A stretch of DNA of 50,046 bases from Octopus bimaculoides (lineage: Eukaryota), in the NCBI RefSeq assembly GCF_001194135.2, contig NC_068987.1:62708330-62758375 (forward strand), given 5' to 3'. Below the pieces are notes generated by a model, which was not told the DNA's origin, searched no databases, and was given only the letters and a program-made list of their open reading frames with translations. Shown here one piece after another: positions 1 through 11,734 of the stretch. The translations under genes and the position numbers were made by a program. Position 1 is the first letter of the stretch; each line of letters opens with the position of its first letter.

Positions 1-659
1 TTTTACCGTTTATCGTGATTAATAAATTTGCATTGTTTAATACCTAATCGAAGATGACTAAAGAATTTAACATAAAAACTACGGTTTGAGCATTTATGTT
101 TCGCTGTGATTTCATTTTTCAAATAAGTATAAACATACTTTGTTTTTGTCTTTGTTATTTTTATTTGGGTTTGTTTTTGTTTTTGTCTATTTTTGCTTTG
201 TTTTCTTGTTAGTTTTTTTTTTCTTCCAAATTTTAAATACTTTAAATTTTCACATACTTAACTAATCGAAGGGAGACAACTTCAAAAATGTTATAAATGT
301 TATGCACTTTTACACTTCTTATCTTAAAGCACGCTTTGCCAGAAGTTGACATCACCATTTTAGCATTTCATAGATGCTGATAAGATTCGTCCGGTTTTAC
401 CATTAAGTCTCCTCTTCTCTGTAGAAATGTGGAAGATGTAGTTTGCGAAGTAGATAACGATGGAAGATTATGCTAAATTCACCTACATAAACATCCCCAC
501 TGACAGCAGTTGCTTAACTGTCCAAGTGACATGCTCACGCTTAAGAGTTAGTTAAAGGATGAGAAAGCAGTGGCAATTATGAAGAGCAATAGACTAGATA
601 AATAGACAGATGTTATGTTGATAAAATGGAAGGAAGACAAGAAACTAGTCACTATCAAG

Positions 660-900
660 AATACAGGTGAGACACGAAATCTGGTGAGCAGACCATGAAA
701 TAAGTTTTTGTTCCCAACTTTGACCCTCCATAAATCCTAAATTTTATTTTAGAATTTATGAGAGCAACTGTCTTTGAAGACTCATATTGTCGTTGAATGC
801 TCGGAATGAGGAGTAGATAGACAGCCGACAACTGATGAATGGTCCTTTCTCTTTGTTTACTTGTCCTGTTTTCCATTTTTTTCTCGTTGTTTATGTAATT
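660..900 (+). mobile_element. Possible 3' end remnant of a Penelope-like element
   Basis: Frameshifted LVS..RHENKFL-like peptide resembling the end of Penelope GIY-YIG ORFs, followed by a CTGATGAA-containing tail; a second CTGATGAAGG tail lies at ~1000-1150. Confidence 0.3.
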
Positions 901-1220
901 AACTTGTTTGTTTATGTATTCCATATTATTTGCACCGTTGGTGACTTCCTTTACCCATATATATGTATATATATATATATATATATTATTTAATTCACGC
1001 GACGCATCCAAACGCTTAGTTTTAGAATGGTGGCAGCTGATGAAGGAAATGTTCTCTATGTGGCCTGTGTGTTTTCTGTACTCTGTTTATGTTCTGTTTT
1101 TCATTTTGTCCACGTTTTTTTTTTGTGACATCCTGTACCCTGATATGCATCTATATATACATGTAGATGTAGGTATGTACATGCCTGTACATATATATGC
1201 ATATACTCACATATTATTTG

Positions 1221-1260
<40 letters not shown>

Positions 1261-2228
1261 NNNNNNNNNNNNNNNNNNNNNNNNNNNNNNNNNNNNNNNN
1301 NNNNNNNNNNNNNNNNNNNNNNNNNNNNNNNNNNNNNNNNNNNNNNNNNNNNNNNNNNNNNNNNNNNNNNNNNNNNNNNNNNNNNNNNNNNNNNNNNNNN
1401 NNNNNNNNNNNNNNNNNNNNNNNNNNNNNNNNNNNNNNNNNNNNNNNNNNNNNNNNNNNNNNNNNNNNNNNNNNNNNNNNNNNNNNNNNNNNNNNNNNNN
1501 NNNNNNNNNNNNNNNNNNNNNNNNNNNNNNNNNNNNNNNNNNNNNNNNNNNNNNNNNNNNNNNNNNNNNNNNNNNNNNNNNNNNNNNNNNNNNNNNNNNN
1601 NNNNNNNNNNNNNNNNNNNNNNNNNNNNNNNNNNNNNNNNNNNNNNNNNNNNNNNNNNNNNNNNNNNNNNNNNNNNNNNNNNNNNNNNNNNNNNNNNNNN
1701 NNNNNNNNNNNNNNNNNNNNNNNNNNNNNNNNNNNNNNNNNNNNNNNNNNNNNNNNNNNNNNNNNNNNNNNNNNNNNNNNNNNNNNNNNNNNNNNNNNNN
1801 NNNNNNNNNNNNNNNNNNNNNNNNNNNNNNNNNNNNNNNNNNNNNNNNNNNNNNNNNNNNNNNNNNNNNNNNNNNNNNNNNNNNNNNNNNNNNNNNNNNN
1901 NNNNNNNNNNNNNNNNNNNNNNNNNNNNNNNNNNNNNNNNNNNNNNNNNNNNNNNNNNNNNNNNNNNNNNNNNNNNNNNNNNNNNNNNNNNNNNNNNNNN
2001 NNNNNNNNNNNNNNNNNNNNNNNNNNNNNNNNNNNNNNNNNNNNNNNNNNNNNNNNNNNNNNNNNNNNNNNNNNNNNNNNNNNNNNNNNNNNNNNNNNNN
2101 NNNNNNNNNNNNNNNNNNNNNNNNNNNNNNNNNNNNNNNNNNNNNNNNNNNNNNNNNNNNNNNNNNNNNNNNNNNNNNNNNNNNNNNNNNNNNNNNNNNN
2201 NNNNNNNNNNNNNNNNNNNNNNNNNNNN
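1261..2228. other. Assembly gap; further gaps at 4048-4953, 12875-12922, 22620-22930, 23960-24664, 28145-28280, 31434-~32136, 34500-34509, 35863-36150 and 47076-47104
   Basis: Runs of N, most bordered by TA/TG microsatellites or repeat copies. Confidence 0.99.
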
Positions 2229-2267
<39 letters not shown>

Positions 2268-2406
2268 ATATATATACAGGCGAAAATGAGAGAAAGCAAA
2301 GAGTGGAGAGTTTCAGATGATGAATATTTAGGTACAAATATATAGATATTAAATTAATAGGTGACGGCTTTGGAAACATAGGTGTTGTAAGCATTTCACT
2401 GTTATG

Positions 2407-2797
2407 GGCACTGACGTGGCTGTGTAGTAAGAAGTTTGCTGGCTTACCATATGGTTTTGGGTTTAGTCCCACTGAGTGACACCTTGTGCATGTCTGCTGT
2501 TATAACTTTGGACTGACCGAGGTTGTAGTAGGAGACATATACTCAAGATGTATGCGTGAGAGTGTATGTGTGTGCGCATGCGCATTTGCCTTTGTATTTG
2601 TTTCCCACCACTGCTTGACAACCAGTGTTGGCTTGCTAACGTCTCCGTAACCTAGCGGTTCGGCAAAAAGATAATGATGCAATAAGTATCAGACTTTTAA
2701 AAAAAGATAAGTACTGAGGTCGATTTGTTCGACTAAACGCTTCATTGCAGTACCCCAATATAGCTGCATTCCATTGACTGAAACAAGTAAAAGGTAA
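2407..2797 (+). mobile_element. SINE family A, old degenerate copy
   Basis: TGGCTGTGTAGTAAG A-box, GTTTAGTCCC B-box, TG-rich centre and CCGTAACCTAGCGGTTCGGCAAAA...GAAACAAGTAAAAG tail matching the younger copy at 26611. Confidence 0.8.
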
Positions 2798-3954
2798 AAC
2801 GACTTCAATGAAAGTAACGGTGCTAATAAAGTAACACTGTAGATATTTGGTACAGCTATTTAGCATTTCAATACGTACAGTTAGGAAATACTTAGCTAAA
2901 TATCTACATGCATGATATTGTGTCTCAGAAACAAATTTTCATATACTTAAATCCATAAAATACGAAAAGAAGTCGATGAATCTATTTCAATTAATCGTAC
3001 TTATTGACACAAATGAGATTTGAATATATGATTGCGATCGAGCAATGACAGACAAGAAAATACAAAAGGTATTCTACAACGAAATCATCGTTGAATAGCT
3101 ACTTGCACTAACAAATGTGTATAAAAATACTTTTTTTACGTCAAGCGCTCTATAAAATAGAAACAGTTAAAGTGAAAACATGCTGGAACACATCTCTCTA
3201 TCAATTAAAAACGTTGCTATATTTTCCAGGAAAACTAGCTTCAAATATCTCCAGCATTAAACATATGACATTATTATTACATTAAGGTGAAAAGCATTTT
3301 ACTTTGAAATAAAGAAAAAACTGAGAACATCTATAATTTCTCATGTCGCTTTAAGACTCCACCCTTTATACAAGCTTCTTCAATTTTTTGAAAACAATGT
3401 TTTATGTTAATTGAAAACATAAAATTCAGAAGTACTCCACAAAAAAATACGTCCGAAATATAAGAGTTAACTAACTATCAATTTACCATCACCACCACCA
3501 CCACCACCACCCGCCTAAATATGTACAAAAATGGGTAGAGAACATTTAAGGACCAGGTTAATTTGCATAATTACTACAGAAACCACTCAAGAGAAATAAC
3601 CAGTGAAAATTGGATATCAAGGCTGAAGAAATAACACCATACAAGATAAATTCATGATACTTTAAAAATATGCATGCATATATGTATGAATATGTGTCTG
3701 TGTCTGTTTATCCTTTCTACAGTTTAAAACCGATGTTGCTAACTATGTCTCATTTCATTTTCTATACTTTATGGTTCGATAGTCAGGAACTAACGTATGT
3801 ACCAGACTGAAATCATACCAGTGGGAAGGTGATAAAATTACTTGAACACTTGAAGGCAGTGCCTGAGGATAGCCACAACCTGATTATTTAAATCAGTAAA
3901 AGAATACATGTGCGTGCACATGTGTGTATATACACACACACACACATACATACA

Positions 3955-4047
<93 letters not shown>

Positions 4048-4983
4048 NNNNNNNNNNNNNNNNNNNNNNNNNNNNNNNNNNNNNNNNNNNNNNNNNNNNN
4101 NNNNNNNNNNNNNNNNNNNNNNNNNNNNNNNNNNNNNNNNNNNNNNNNNNNNNNNNNNNNNNNNNNNNNNNNNNNNNNNNNNNNNNNNNNNNNNNNNNNN
4201 NNNNNNNNNNNNNNNNNNNNNNNNNNNNNNNNNNNNNNNNNNNNNNNNNNNNNNNNNNNNNNNNNNNNNNNNNNNNNNNNNNNNNNNNNNNNNNNNNNNN
4301 NNNNNNNNNNNNNNNNNNNNNNNNNNNNNNNNNNNNNNNNNNNNNNNNNNNNNNNNNNNNNNNNNNNNNNNNNNNNNNNNNNNNNNNNNNNNNNNNNNNN
4401 NNNNNNNNNNNNNNNNNNNNNNNNNNNNNNNNNNNNNNNNNNNNNNNNNNNNNNNNNNNNNNNNNNNNNNNNNNNNNNNNNNNNNNNNNNNNNNNNNNNN
4501 NNNNNNNNNNNNNNNNNNNNNNNNNNNNNNNNNNNNNNNNNNNNNNNNNNNNNNNNNNNNNNNNNNNNNNNNNNNNNNNNNNNNNNNNNNNNNNNNNNNN
4601 NNNNNNNNNNNNNNNNNNNNNNNNNNNNNNNNNNNNNNNNNNNNNNNNNNNNNNNNNNNNNNNNNNNNNNNNNNNNNNNNNNNNNNNNNNNNNNNNNNNN
4701 NNNNNNNNNNNNNNNNNNNNNNNNNNNNNNNNNNNNNNNNNNNNNNNNNNNNNNNNNNNNNNNNNNNNNNNNNNNNNNNNNNNNNNNNNNNNNNNNNNNN
4801 NNNNNNNNNNNNNNNNNNNNNNNNNNNNNNNNNNNNNNNNNNNNNNNNNNNNNNNNNNNNNNNNNNNNNNNNNNNNNNNNNNNNNNNNNNNNNNNNNNNN
4901 NNNNNNNNNNNNNNNNNNNNNNNNNNNNNNNNNNNNNNNNNNNNNNNNNNNNNTGTGTGTGTGTGTGTGTGTGTGCATGTATC

Positions 4984-5019
<36 letters not shown>

Positions 5020-5089
5020 ATGCATTATATATATATATATATGTGTATGCATTTATATATATATGTGTATGTATGTATGTATGTATAGT

Positions 5090-6370
5090 CCTTAGTGGTT
5101 CGATGTTGGTATAAAGAACGGGAGGAAGAGATGAGTTGCCTCCCATGGATCGATGTTAGCCACGGCTGAAGCGTAGCAGCTGTGCATGTATGTGTGTCTC
5201 TACATGACTGTAGTGTCCTATTCCGAAAATAAGGACGACCACGTTGCCAAAACGAATTTCCGTTCATAAAATATCCAAATATATCCAAATATATCCAAAT
5301 ATCTCGCTTTGGAAAGTATGAATTTTTTAGAAATATTCTCCTCATCATGAGGTGAAGCATGAAAAGCCTACTTCCATTCAGATATGGTCCAAACCGTTCG
5401 AGCAGTTTTCCATTTGATTTTGTACAACGTCCCTTTTCTAATCGCCATATATGTCTGGTTAACGTTGTAGCACTGCGCTTCCCTTGGATTCTAAAAGAGG
5501 GTCTGCGCCTCTCTTGGCTTTTGAAAGAGGCTCCAACATATTTCTGTGAGTGTGTAACCTAGTTGTTGTTGGATGACATCACCTCTGTTTTGTAGAACAC
5601 ATCCCTTGTGTTACATTAACCTTTCACCAGGCACCCACTATAATTCCTATATAAGCATCCCGCCTCTGCTCGGGGCTCGCTTTAAACCATGAAATTATTT
5701 CATTGATACTGTGTTATAAGGAGAGATGGAATACCATCTTTATGTTGTCGTTTATTTTCTAAATATGCCTGCTTACTCACCAGCCCAATCTCCGATTTTG
5801 CTGGATAAATCAGGAGATACTTTGGGTTGGAAGCGAAATTCAGCTTAAAAATGACAAATATATTTCTTTTAATCAATGTTCCTATTCTGTCTATTATATT
5901 CAAAACGTCAGCTAAATATTTGGCCTCGTCGTTAATGCTACCGTATGGATGAAGGGATCCCACCTATAACATTGTGTGATATTGCCTTAAAAGTCCACCG
6001 TACGTGTCGGTATCAACTTTATACAGTTTTTACTTTTATCTGAGAACGATAAAGTTCTACCTAAACTATCAAAGGATAGTAAATCTGAAGTTTGCGCTAA
6101 AAGGGATTAGAGGACTTTTGGAATTTTAGTCAAGAGCTGATGCTCAACAGGTCTGCTTCGAAGGCCTACAGTTCTTTGATCTTGGACGGGAATCTTCCAG
6201 ACTTGATGCTGTAGAAATTGGACTCCGAGGGTGATGCTGTTTGGTCATAGAAGAATGTCTTCCATTGCATGCACCTTACAAGGTCGATGATCTTTTTCTA
6301 GGAGCATCTTCGTGTAGAGTTCGTTTGGCTGTGTATGTTCCTGGTAGAGTAACCAAGGTTGTATGCATCT
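5090..6370 (-). mobile_element. Internally deleted Penelope-like retroelement (N-terminal region, start of RT, GIY-YIG endonuclease)
   Basis: Broken minus-strand reading gives YNLGYSTRNI, RCMQWKTFFY, IKEL.AFEADL, INDEAKYLADVLNIIDRI, NPKYLLIYPAKSEIGLVSK and EIISWFK, then jumps to YVGAS, TTLTRHIWRL, YKIKWK and PYLNGSR. The RT catalytic core is absent. Confidence 0.7.
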
Positions 6371-6499
6371 ACGTCTGCAAGTATTTCCGTGATTATAAGC
6401 TCACAAACATACATACAATGTTACGATATACTTTGTATAGAAAACCAATCATAAACCAGCTCAATATGGTTTATTGCATTAAACTCTTAAATACACATG

Positions 6500-7330
6500 T
6501 ATGAATGTATATCCATCTATACTGTCACATTTACTTCGAAGAGAAGCTAGAAAGCATGAACAGAGCAAATTATATTTAAAATAATAACAGAAAACAATAC
6601 CAACGTTATCTCACTATGCTCATCCCTACAGCTATTTCAATAATTCTAACGTCACAGCATTATATTACCATACGTAAGAATCATATCTTTAAGGAAGAAT
6701 TTTCATAGAAAAATATGAAGAATACATTACAAATTCGCTCTTATATAGAAAGAAACAAACAAATAAAGAAGGGTAGAAAGAATAAAGAATACAGGTCAAT
6801 GTAAGAAATCTAACAAGATATTGTCTTGTCCAACATATATCACGTAACAATTTCCGATCAAAGGGAAAAGAAGGTACTAATTTATAATAAAGTATAATCA
6901 CAACTGATGGATAAGTAAATAGATGCATTTACATTTACATTTGCAACACAACTGTCCATGAAATGCTATTAAGCAACATGGCGTTTCTTAGGCGTATAAA
7001 CCCTCACTCTAATGAACCAACTTTTCATAAGGACGACAACATGAGCAACGTAGCGCTTGCCCATAGCTCTTAATAAAACCAATACTTTATAATTCATCCA
7101 TTACTACGAGCATTAAAAATAGGACCAGAGTGAGTAAGACGATCTGCTTCAGTCTTCAGTTCAGCAAGAGTGCTATAGCTTGCGTAGTAAAAAAAAAAAA
7201 ATACTTGTCCTTAAACATTTTCATATAAAAACAAACTTCATGGTAGCAGTGATATAAAGCCAATATAATATCAATAGAAGAAATCAATCGAGAGATAACT
7301 ATAATTGTCAAAACTTTAGTCGTGTTCCTT
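6500..7330 (-). pseudogene. Possible highly decayed class A GPCR pseudogene
   Basis: Frameshifted motifs at plausible spacing: LTIIVISR (TM1/2), AMG-KRYVA..CRPY (TM3), ISWTVV (TM4), IDLYSLFFLPFFIC (TM5), ITLVLFSVII (TM6). Many stops. Confidence 0.3.
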
Positions 7331-7460
7331 GGAACCAGTGCAATAATAATTGCATTGTGCATCATGCTACTACAACTTAAAGAGAAAAAAGGTACAAATA
7401 CTTATGTCTTACATCGGCTTATTGGAAAACTAACTTTAGCACCGATAATAGGGATATATG

Positions 7461-7838
7461 TTGTTGTTGACATTCCGTCGCTTACGACGACGAGGGTTCC
7501 AGTTGATCCGATCAACGGAACAGCCTGCTCGTGAAATTAACGTGCAAGTGGCTGAGCACTCCACAGACACGTGTACCCTTAATGTAGTTCTCGGGGATAT
7601 TCAGCGTGACACAAAGCTGGCCCTTTGAATTACAAGCACAACAGAAACAGGAAGTAAGAGTGAGAGAAAGTTGTGGTGAAAGAGTACAGCAGGGTTCGCC
7701 ACCATCCCCTGCTGGAGCTACGGGGAGCTTTAAGTGTTTTCGCTCAATAAACACTCACAACGCCCGGTCTGGGAATCGAAACCGCAATCCTATGACCACG
7801 AGTCCGCTGCCCTAACCACTGGGCCATTGCGCCTCCAC
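7461..7838 (-). mobile_element. SINE family B, full length, with target-site duplication
   Basis: tRNA-like head GTGGAGGCGCAATGGCCCAGTGGTTAGG...GGTTTCGATTCCC and (CAA)n tail; 11-bp TSD AGGGATATATG at 7450-7460 and 7839-7849. Confidence 0.92.
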
Positions 7839-8337
7839 AGGGATATATGAGCTTTTATTAAATACAATTATAAAGAAAAAGTTGCAACGTTCTCGAAGTT
7901 CAGCAAGCAAATGAAAGTCGAGTATTAGTACACCGACATCAGATGGTCTACTGTTGAGAGAACAATCGAATCGGTGTAGTCTGTATTTTACTGAGAAATG
8001 TCATATCATAAACAATCTTACACCAATAATAATAAGCAAAAAGTTTCACCACTAATGCTGACATACTGACGCAGTATGAATTTTTTGCTGTACTATTTCA
8101 GTACAATAGTAAAAGCATCTGTAACATTATGCATAAAATAACATATCAACCTGTTATCTTTCGCTAAAAGAACTACGACGACATTGAAATATATCAACGA
8201 TGCTGTAAATAATAGCTTCTTTTCCTAGCCAACAGCGAAGGCGTACTTCGACTCTTGCTCGACATGATCTTATTGCAGATAAAACAGACAGGCTTTCCGA
8301 AATTAGTAACATTGATACTGCTGATGTTCACGTTGAC

Positions 8338-8408
8338 CGTGTGTGTGTGTGTGTGTGCGTGTATGTGTGCGTGTTTGTGTGTGTGTGTGGGTGTGTGGGT
8401 GTGGGTGT

Positions 8409-8460
<52 letters not shown>

Positions 8461-8612
8461 CTTTGTGTTTATGATTGTCCTCCATCACCGCTTGAGAACC
8501 GTTAGAATAAGTACCAGGCTTAAAGAAATGAGTACCAGAGTTGATTTGTTTTTTCAAGGCAGTGCACCAGCATGGCCGCAGTCCAACGACTGAAGCAAGT
8601 AAAAGATAAAAG
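8338..8612 (+). mobile_element. (TG)n tract plus 3' tail of SINE family A
   Basis: TG microsatellite followed by CATCACCGCTTGA...CCAGCATGGCCGCAGTC...AAGTAAAAGATAAAAG. Confidence 0.7.
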
Positions 8613-8643
8613 ATGAATAAGCAAAAAGGTAACTTGATTAAAA

Positions 8644-8695
8644 AGGAGTAAAAAGTATCAGGAGTAAAAAGTATCAGGAGTAAAAAGTATCAGGT
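8644..8695 (+). repeat. 16-bp minisatellite x3 (AGGAGTAAAAAGTATC)
   Basis: Three exact tandem copies. Confidence 0.9.
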
Positions 8696-8734
8696 ACAGA
8701 GATGACTTGTTTAATATAATAAAAACAGATAAGA

Positions 8735-8930
8735 CGGTGAGCTGGCAGAATCGTTAGCAGGCCGGGCAAAATGCTTGGCGGCTTTCGTCTGTCTTCGCCG
8801 AGGTTGACTTTGCCTTTCATCCTCTTGAGGTCGATAAAATTGAGTACCAGTTGAGTATTGGGATTGATGTAATCGACTTTTCCTCTCACCCGAAATTGGT
8901 GGCCTTGTGCCAACATTTGAAACCAACATA
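8735..8930 (+). mobile_element. SINE family D
   Basis: GGTGAGCTGGCAGAATCGTTAGCA head, GCCGAGGTTGACTTTGCCTTTCATCC body, GGCCTTGTGCC tail. Confidence 0.8.
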
Positions 8931-9029
8931 ATATAAACAGATAAAGGACAAAGTAGAAAATAATAACATACGTAACAGAGTTAAATATGGATAAGATAGT
9001 GTTTTAGAATTGCATGGAATATAATAACT

Positions 9030-9245
9030 GATATTGGTTTCAAATTTTGGCATAAGGCCAACAATTTCTGGAGAGGGGGTAAGTCAATTACATCAACCTC
9101 AGTGTTCAACTGGTACTTAATTTATGGCTCCCGGGAGGAAGCAAGGTTAAGTCAACCTCGGTGAAATTTGAACTCAAAACGTAAAGACGGATGAAATGCC
9201 GCTAAGCATAAGCGCGCGGTAGTGACTCTGCCAGCTCGCTACCTT
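9030..9245 (-). mobile_element. SINE family D, inverted relative to the 8735 copy
   Basis: Reverse complement reads GAGCTGGCAGAGTC...TGAGTTCAAATTTCACCGAGGTTGAC...GGCCTTATGCC. Confidence 0.8.
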
Positions 9246-9370
9246 AATAATCTCTCACTCCCCAGACCACCACACTAACGCTGCTTACAAAGCTTTTCCT
9301 CTTGAACGTCAACTCTCACGGATTCTCTCCCTGTCTTTTTAGCTTCTAATATTAACATGTTTGTGGATAT

Positions 9371-9950
9371 TTAAAGGTGATACAAAGCAGACGGAATCTC
9401 TAAAATGAGTCGAAATGTACATACAGTTATTCCCTCTATCTATGTCCGCATAAATATTTTTAAAGTGAATTATTTACAAACGTCACAATATGCAGTCTTG
9501 TCTAAAAAGAAAAATACTTTAGATATATTCTGTAGTACAATATCCCAATGAAACGAACAAGCTTAACACACTAGTAATTTAATGTTCAATCTTGATACCA
9601 CGAAAATAGCAAATATGCAAATTAGTCGCCAGTTTTTTTAACTTATAGTATTAGAGGTTTGCAACTATTTAAAGGTATCATACAGTTGCTGACGAAGACT
9701 CTAAAAAGAATCGAAAATACACATACAGTTGTTCCTCCTTTTTTATGTACTCATATGGTACAAGCTAAGTGTTTACATAGTCATAACAATGTTGACTAAA
9801 AGAAAATAGATAGGTTCTATAGAACTTTATAGCAACGAAATGAAACTCTGTTAACACATCAGCAATTTAAAACCAAGAAACTCTGGATTCAGCAGAGAAT
9901 ATATGGCAAATACTCAAATAAAGAATATTATCCAGGAAATATTACACTTC
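9371..9950 (+). mobile_element. ~300-bp tandem dimer, each monomer with a decayed minimal type I hammerhead ribozyme (retrozyme/Penelope-associated relic)
   Basis: Copy 2: CAGTTG-CTGACGA-A-GACTC-TAAAAA-GAATC-GAA-AATACACAT-A-CAGTTG (9683-9731). Copy 1: CAGACGGA-ATCTC-TAAAAT-GAGTC-GAA-ATGTACAT-A-CAGTTA (9388-9429). Period is 301 bp and the downstream flanks also align. Confidence 0.6.
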
Positions 9951-10289
9951 AGATACGATAATAAATACAATACGAAATGAATAAGAAATTCTATTGATAC
10001 AAATAAATCTTATGCCAAGTATAATGCAAACCTTCACTAAGGTCAGTGAAGAATATTCCAAATGCCGTATATGTCTCATTGTGTACTTCTTGAGTTCAGA
10101 TCAGTTTCTACTTGCTGCTTTTCATTCTTCTGTTGTATCGATTTCTTTGGGAATACTAATATTTACTTATTTATTCACCTTTTCATTGTGTACATCTATT
10201 TAGGTTATTTTCATTATACCCAGATTCATCTAAAACTACCGCCTCGTTTTATCTTCTCTAACCTACAAGTAATGTATTTTCAAAACAAT

Positions 10290-11010
10290 GGCAATTGAAG
10301 TCGATCCGCGTCAAGCATCGGGGATTTATCCCAGAAGCTTCATAAACATCAGTTCACTATGCAAGATCATCTCAAGCAGATTGGGAAAGGGTATAGAGAA
10401 GAGATGTGGATACCTCATGAGCTGTCTTTTGAAAATAACGTAGTTTGTTCAAGAATTTTCTTATCAAGAATGAACAGTCACCTTTCCTTAATCGAATTGT
10501 AAATGCGGATAAGAAATAGAAAGTTCATGCTAACAATAATAAGAAGCAGTGACTATCGCTAAATGAAAATTCAGTTGCTACTTCAAAACCAGATCTACAC
10601 ATAAGGAAAGAAAATTTTGCCGTGCGATTGCAGTATACAATAGGTATTGTTCACTCCGAATTGTCGAAGCCAAAAGGCATCACCGCAGAACATTACCGTC
10701 AACAACATTAACGTGTCAACCATTTCTCGTCAACAGAAAAGGAATCATTCATATACGATAATACAAAGACACATCAGGTGAAAATAACCCAAGAAAAGAT
10801 AAATTCATTAACCTGAGAAGATCTAACTCAACTTCTCTGTTCACCAGACATAGAATCATCAGATTTTCACTTTTTGGGGTCACTTGAATACTTTATCAGT
10901 GGAAAAACATTCAGAAGCAGGGACAATGTCGAAACGGTACACCAAACAGTTTTCTCATCTAAAAAGCCCGAGAAATCAAAATGCTAACACTGGCGATGAT
11001 ATTTTGAACG
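10290..11010 (+). mobile_element. Mariner (DD34D-type) transposase relic
   Basis: HLKQIGK, WIPHEL (10407-10424), PFLNRIV, KPDLH and CSPDIESSDFH (10838-10870, a decayed YSPDLAPSDYH); many stops and frameshifts; TIRs not clearly seen. Confidence 0.8.
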
Positions 11011-11232
11011 AATAAATATATTTACGATATGCTTTCTGCTAATTTGAACAAATTGCATGAAATGCAACTCCGTCACTTTGCAGCTTGACAGAAAAGCAAC
11101 TGATAAATAAATACCAAACATAAAAAATGTACAGAGTCAATCTCAGCTACCAAACCCTTCAAGGTGATGCCGAAGCATGGTTGCAAAGCAATAACTAAAA
11201 CAAAAGAATTTTGCTTGTTTGTTTTTGTTTTT

Positions 11233-11233
<1 letters not shown>

Positions 11234-11287
<54 letters not shown>
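11234..11287. repeat. poly(T) tract, ~54 nt
   Basis: Homopolymer abutting the 3' end of a minus-strand SINE A tail. Confidence 0.9.
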
Positions 11288-11289
11288 CT

Positions 11290-11500
11290 TTGTTTCGGTC
11301 ATTAGACTCCAGCAACGCTGAGGCATCGCCACGAAGAACTTTTGTCGAACGAATCGACCCCAGTACTTTTTTTTTTAAGCCCAGTATTTTATTCATTCGG
11401 TTTCTTAGCCGAACCGCTTTTAGTTATGGGGACGTAAACACACCAACACCTGTTGTCAAGCGGTAGTGGGGGCAAAGACAGAAACACCGATACACAAAAG
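11290..11500 (-). mobile_element. SINE family A, 3' half
   Basis: GCCGAACCGCT...GGGGACGTAAACACACCAAC...TTGTCAAGCG matches the reverse complement of the family A tail. Confidence 0.75.
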
Positions 11501-11734
11501 CCTGTTTGAGATTTTCTCTCGTGATATCTACCGCAGTAAACTTTGTACGAGCAGAACAATCACGTTTAAGTGAGGATAAATATTACCTCTTGGTATTAAT
11601 ACTGCCTCTGTCGTTAATATATATAGATGAAAATAAATGTATGCATGTATGTATGTATGTACGTACATGCATATACATATTTGTATGTATATATATATAT
11701 GTATGTATATATATATATATATATACGTATATGT

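Noticed and set aside
820-1060. Hammerhead ribozymes at CTGATGAA sites (~833 and ~1037)
   Set aside because: The core heptamer is present but there is no stem II followed by GAAA in the right geometry.
908-5114. Long ORFs of 260-470 aa in the ORF track (also 22436-24789, 31429-32208, 35814-36213, 46874-47335)
   Set aside because: They are runs of N plus TA/TG microsatellite translations (YIYI, VCVC, HTHT), not proteins.
7760-7838. tRNA genes at SINE heads (also 11735, 26611, 27837, 38900, 43330)
   Set aside because: A and B boxes are present, but there is no closed acceptor stem or terminator and each continues into a repeated SINE body.
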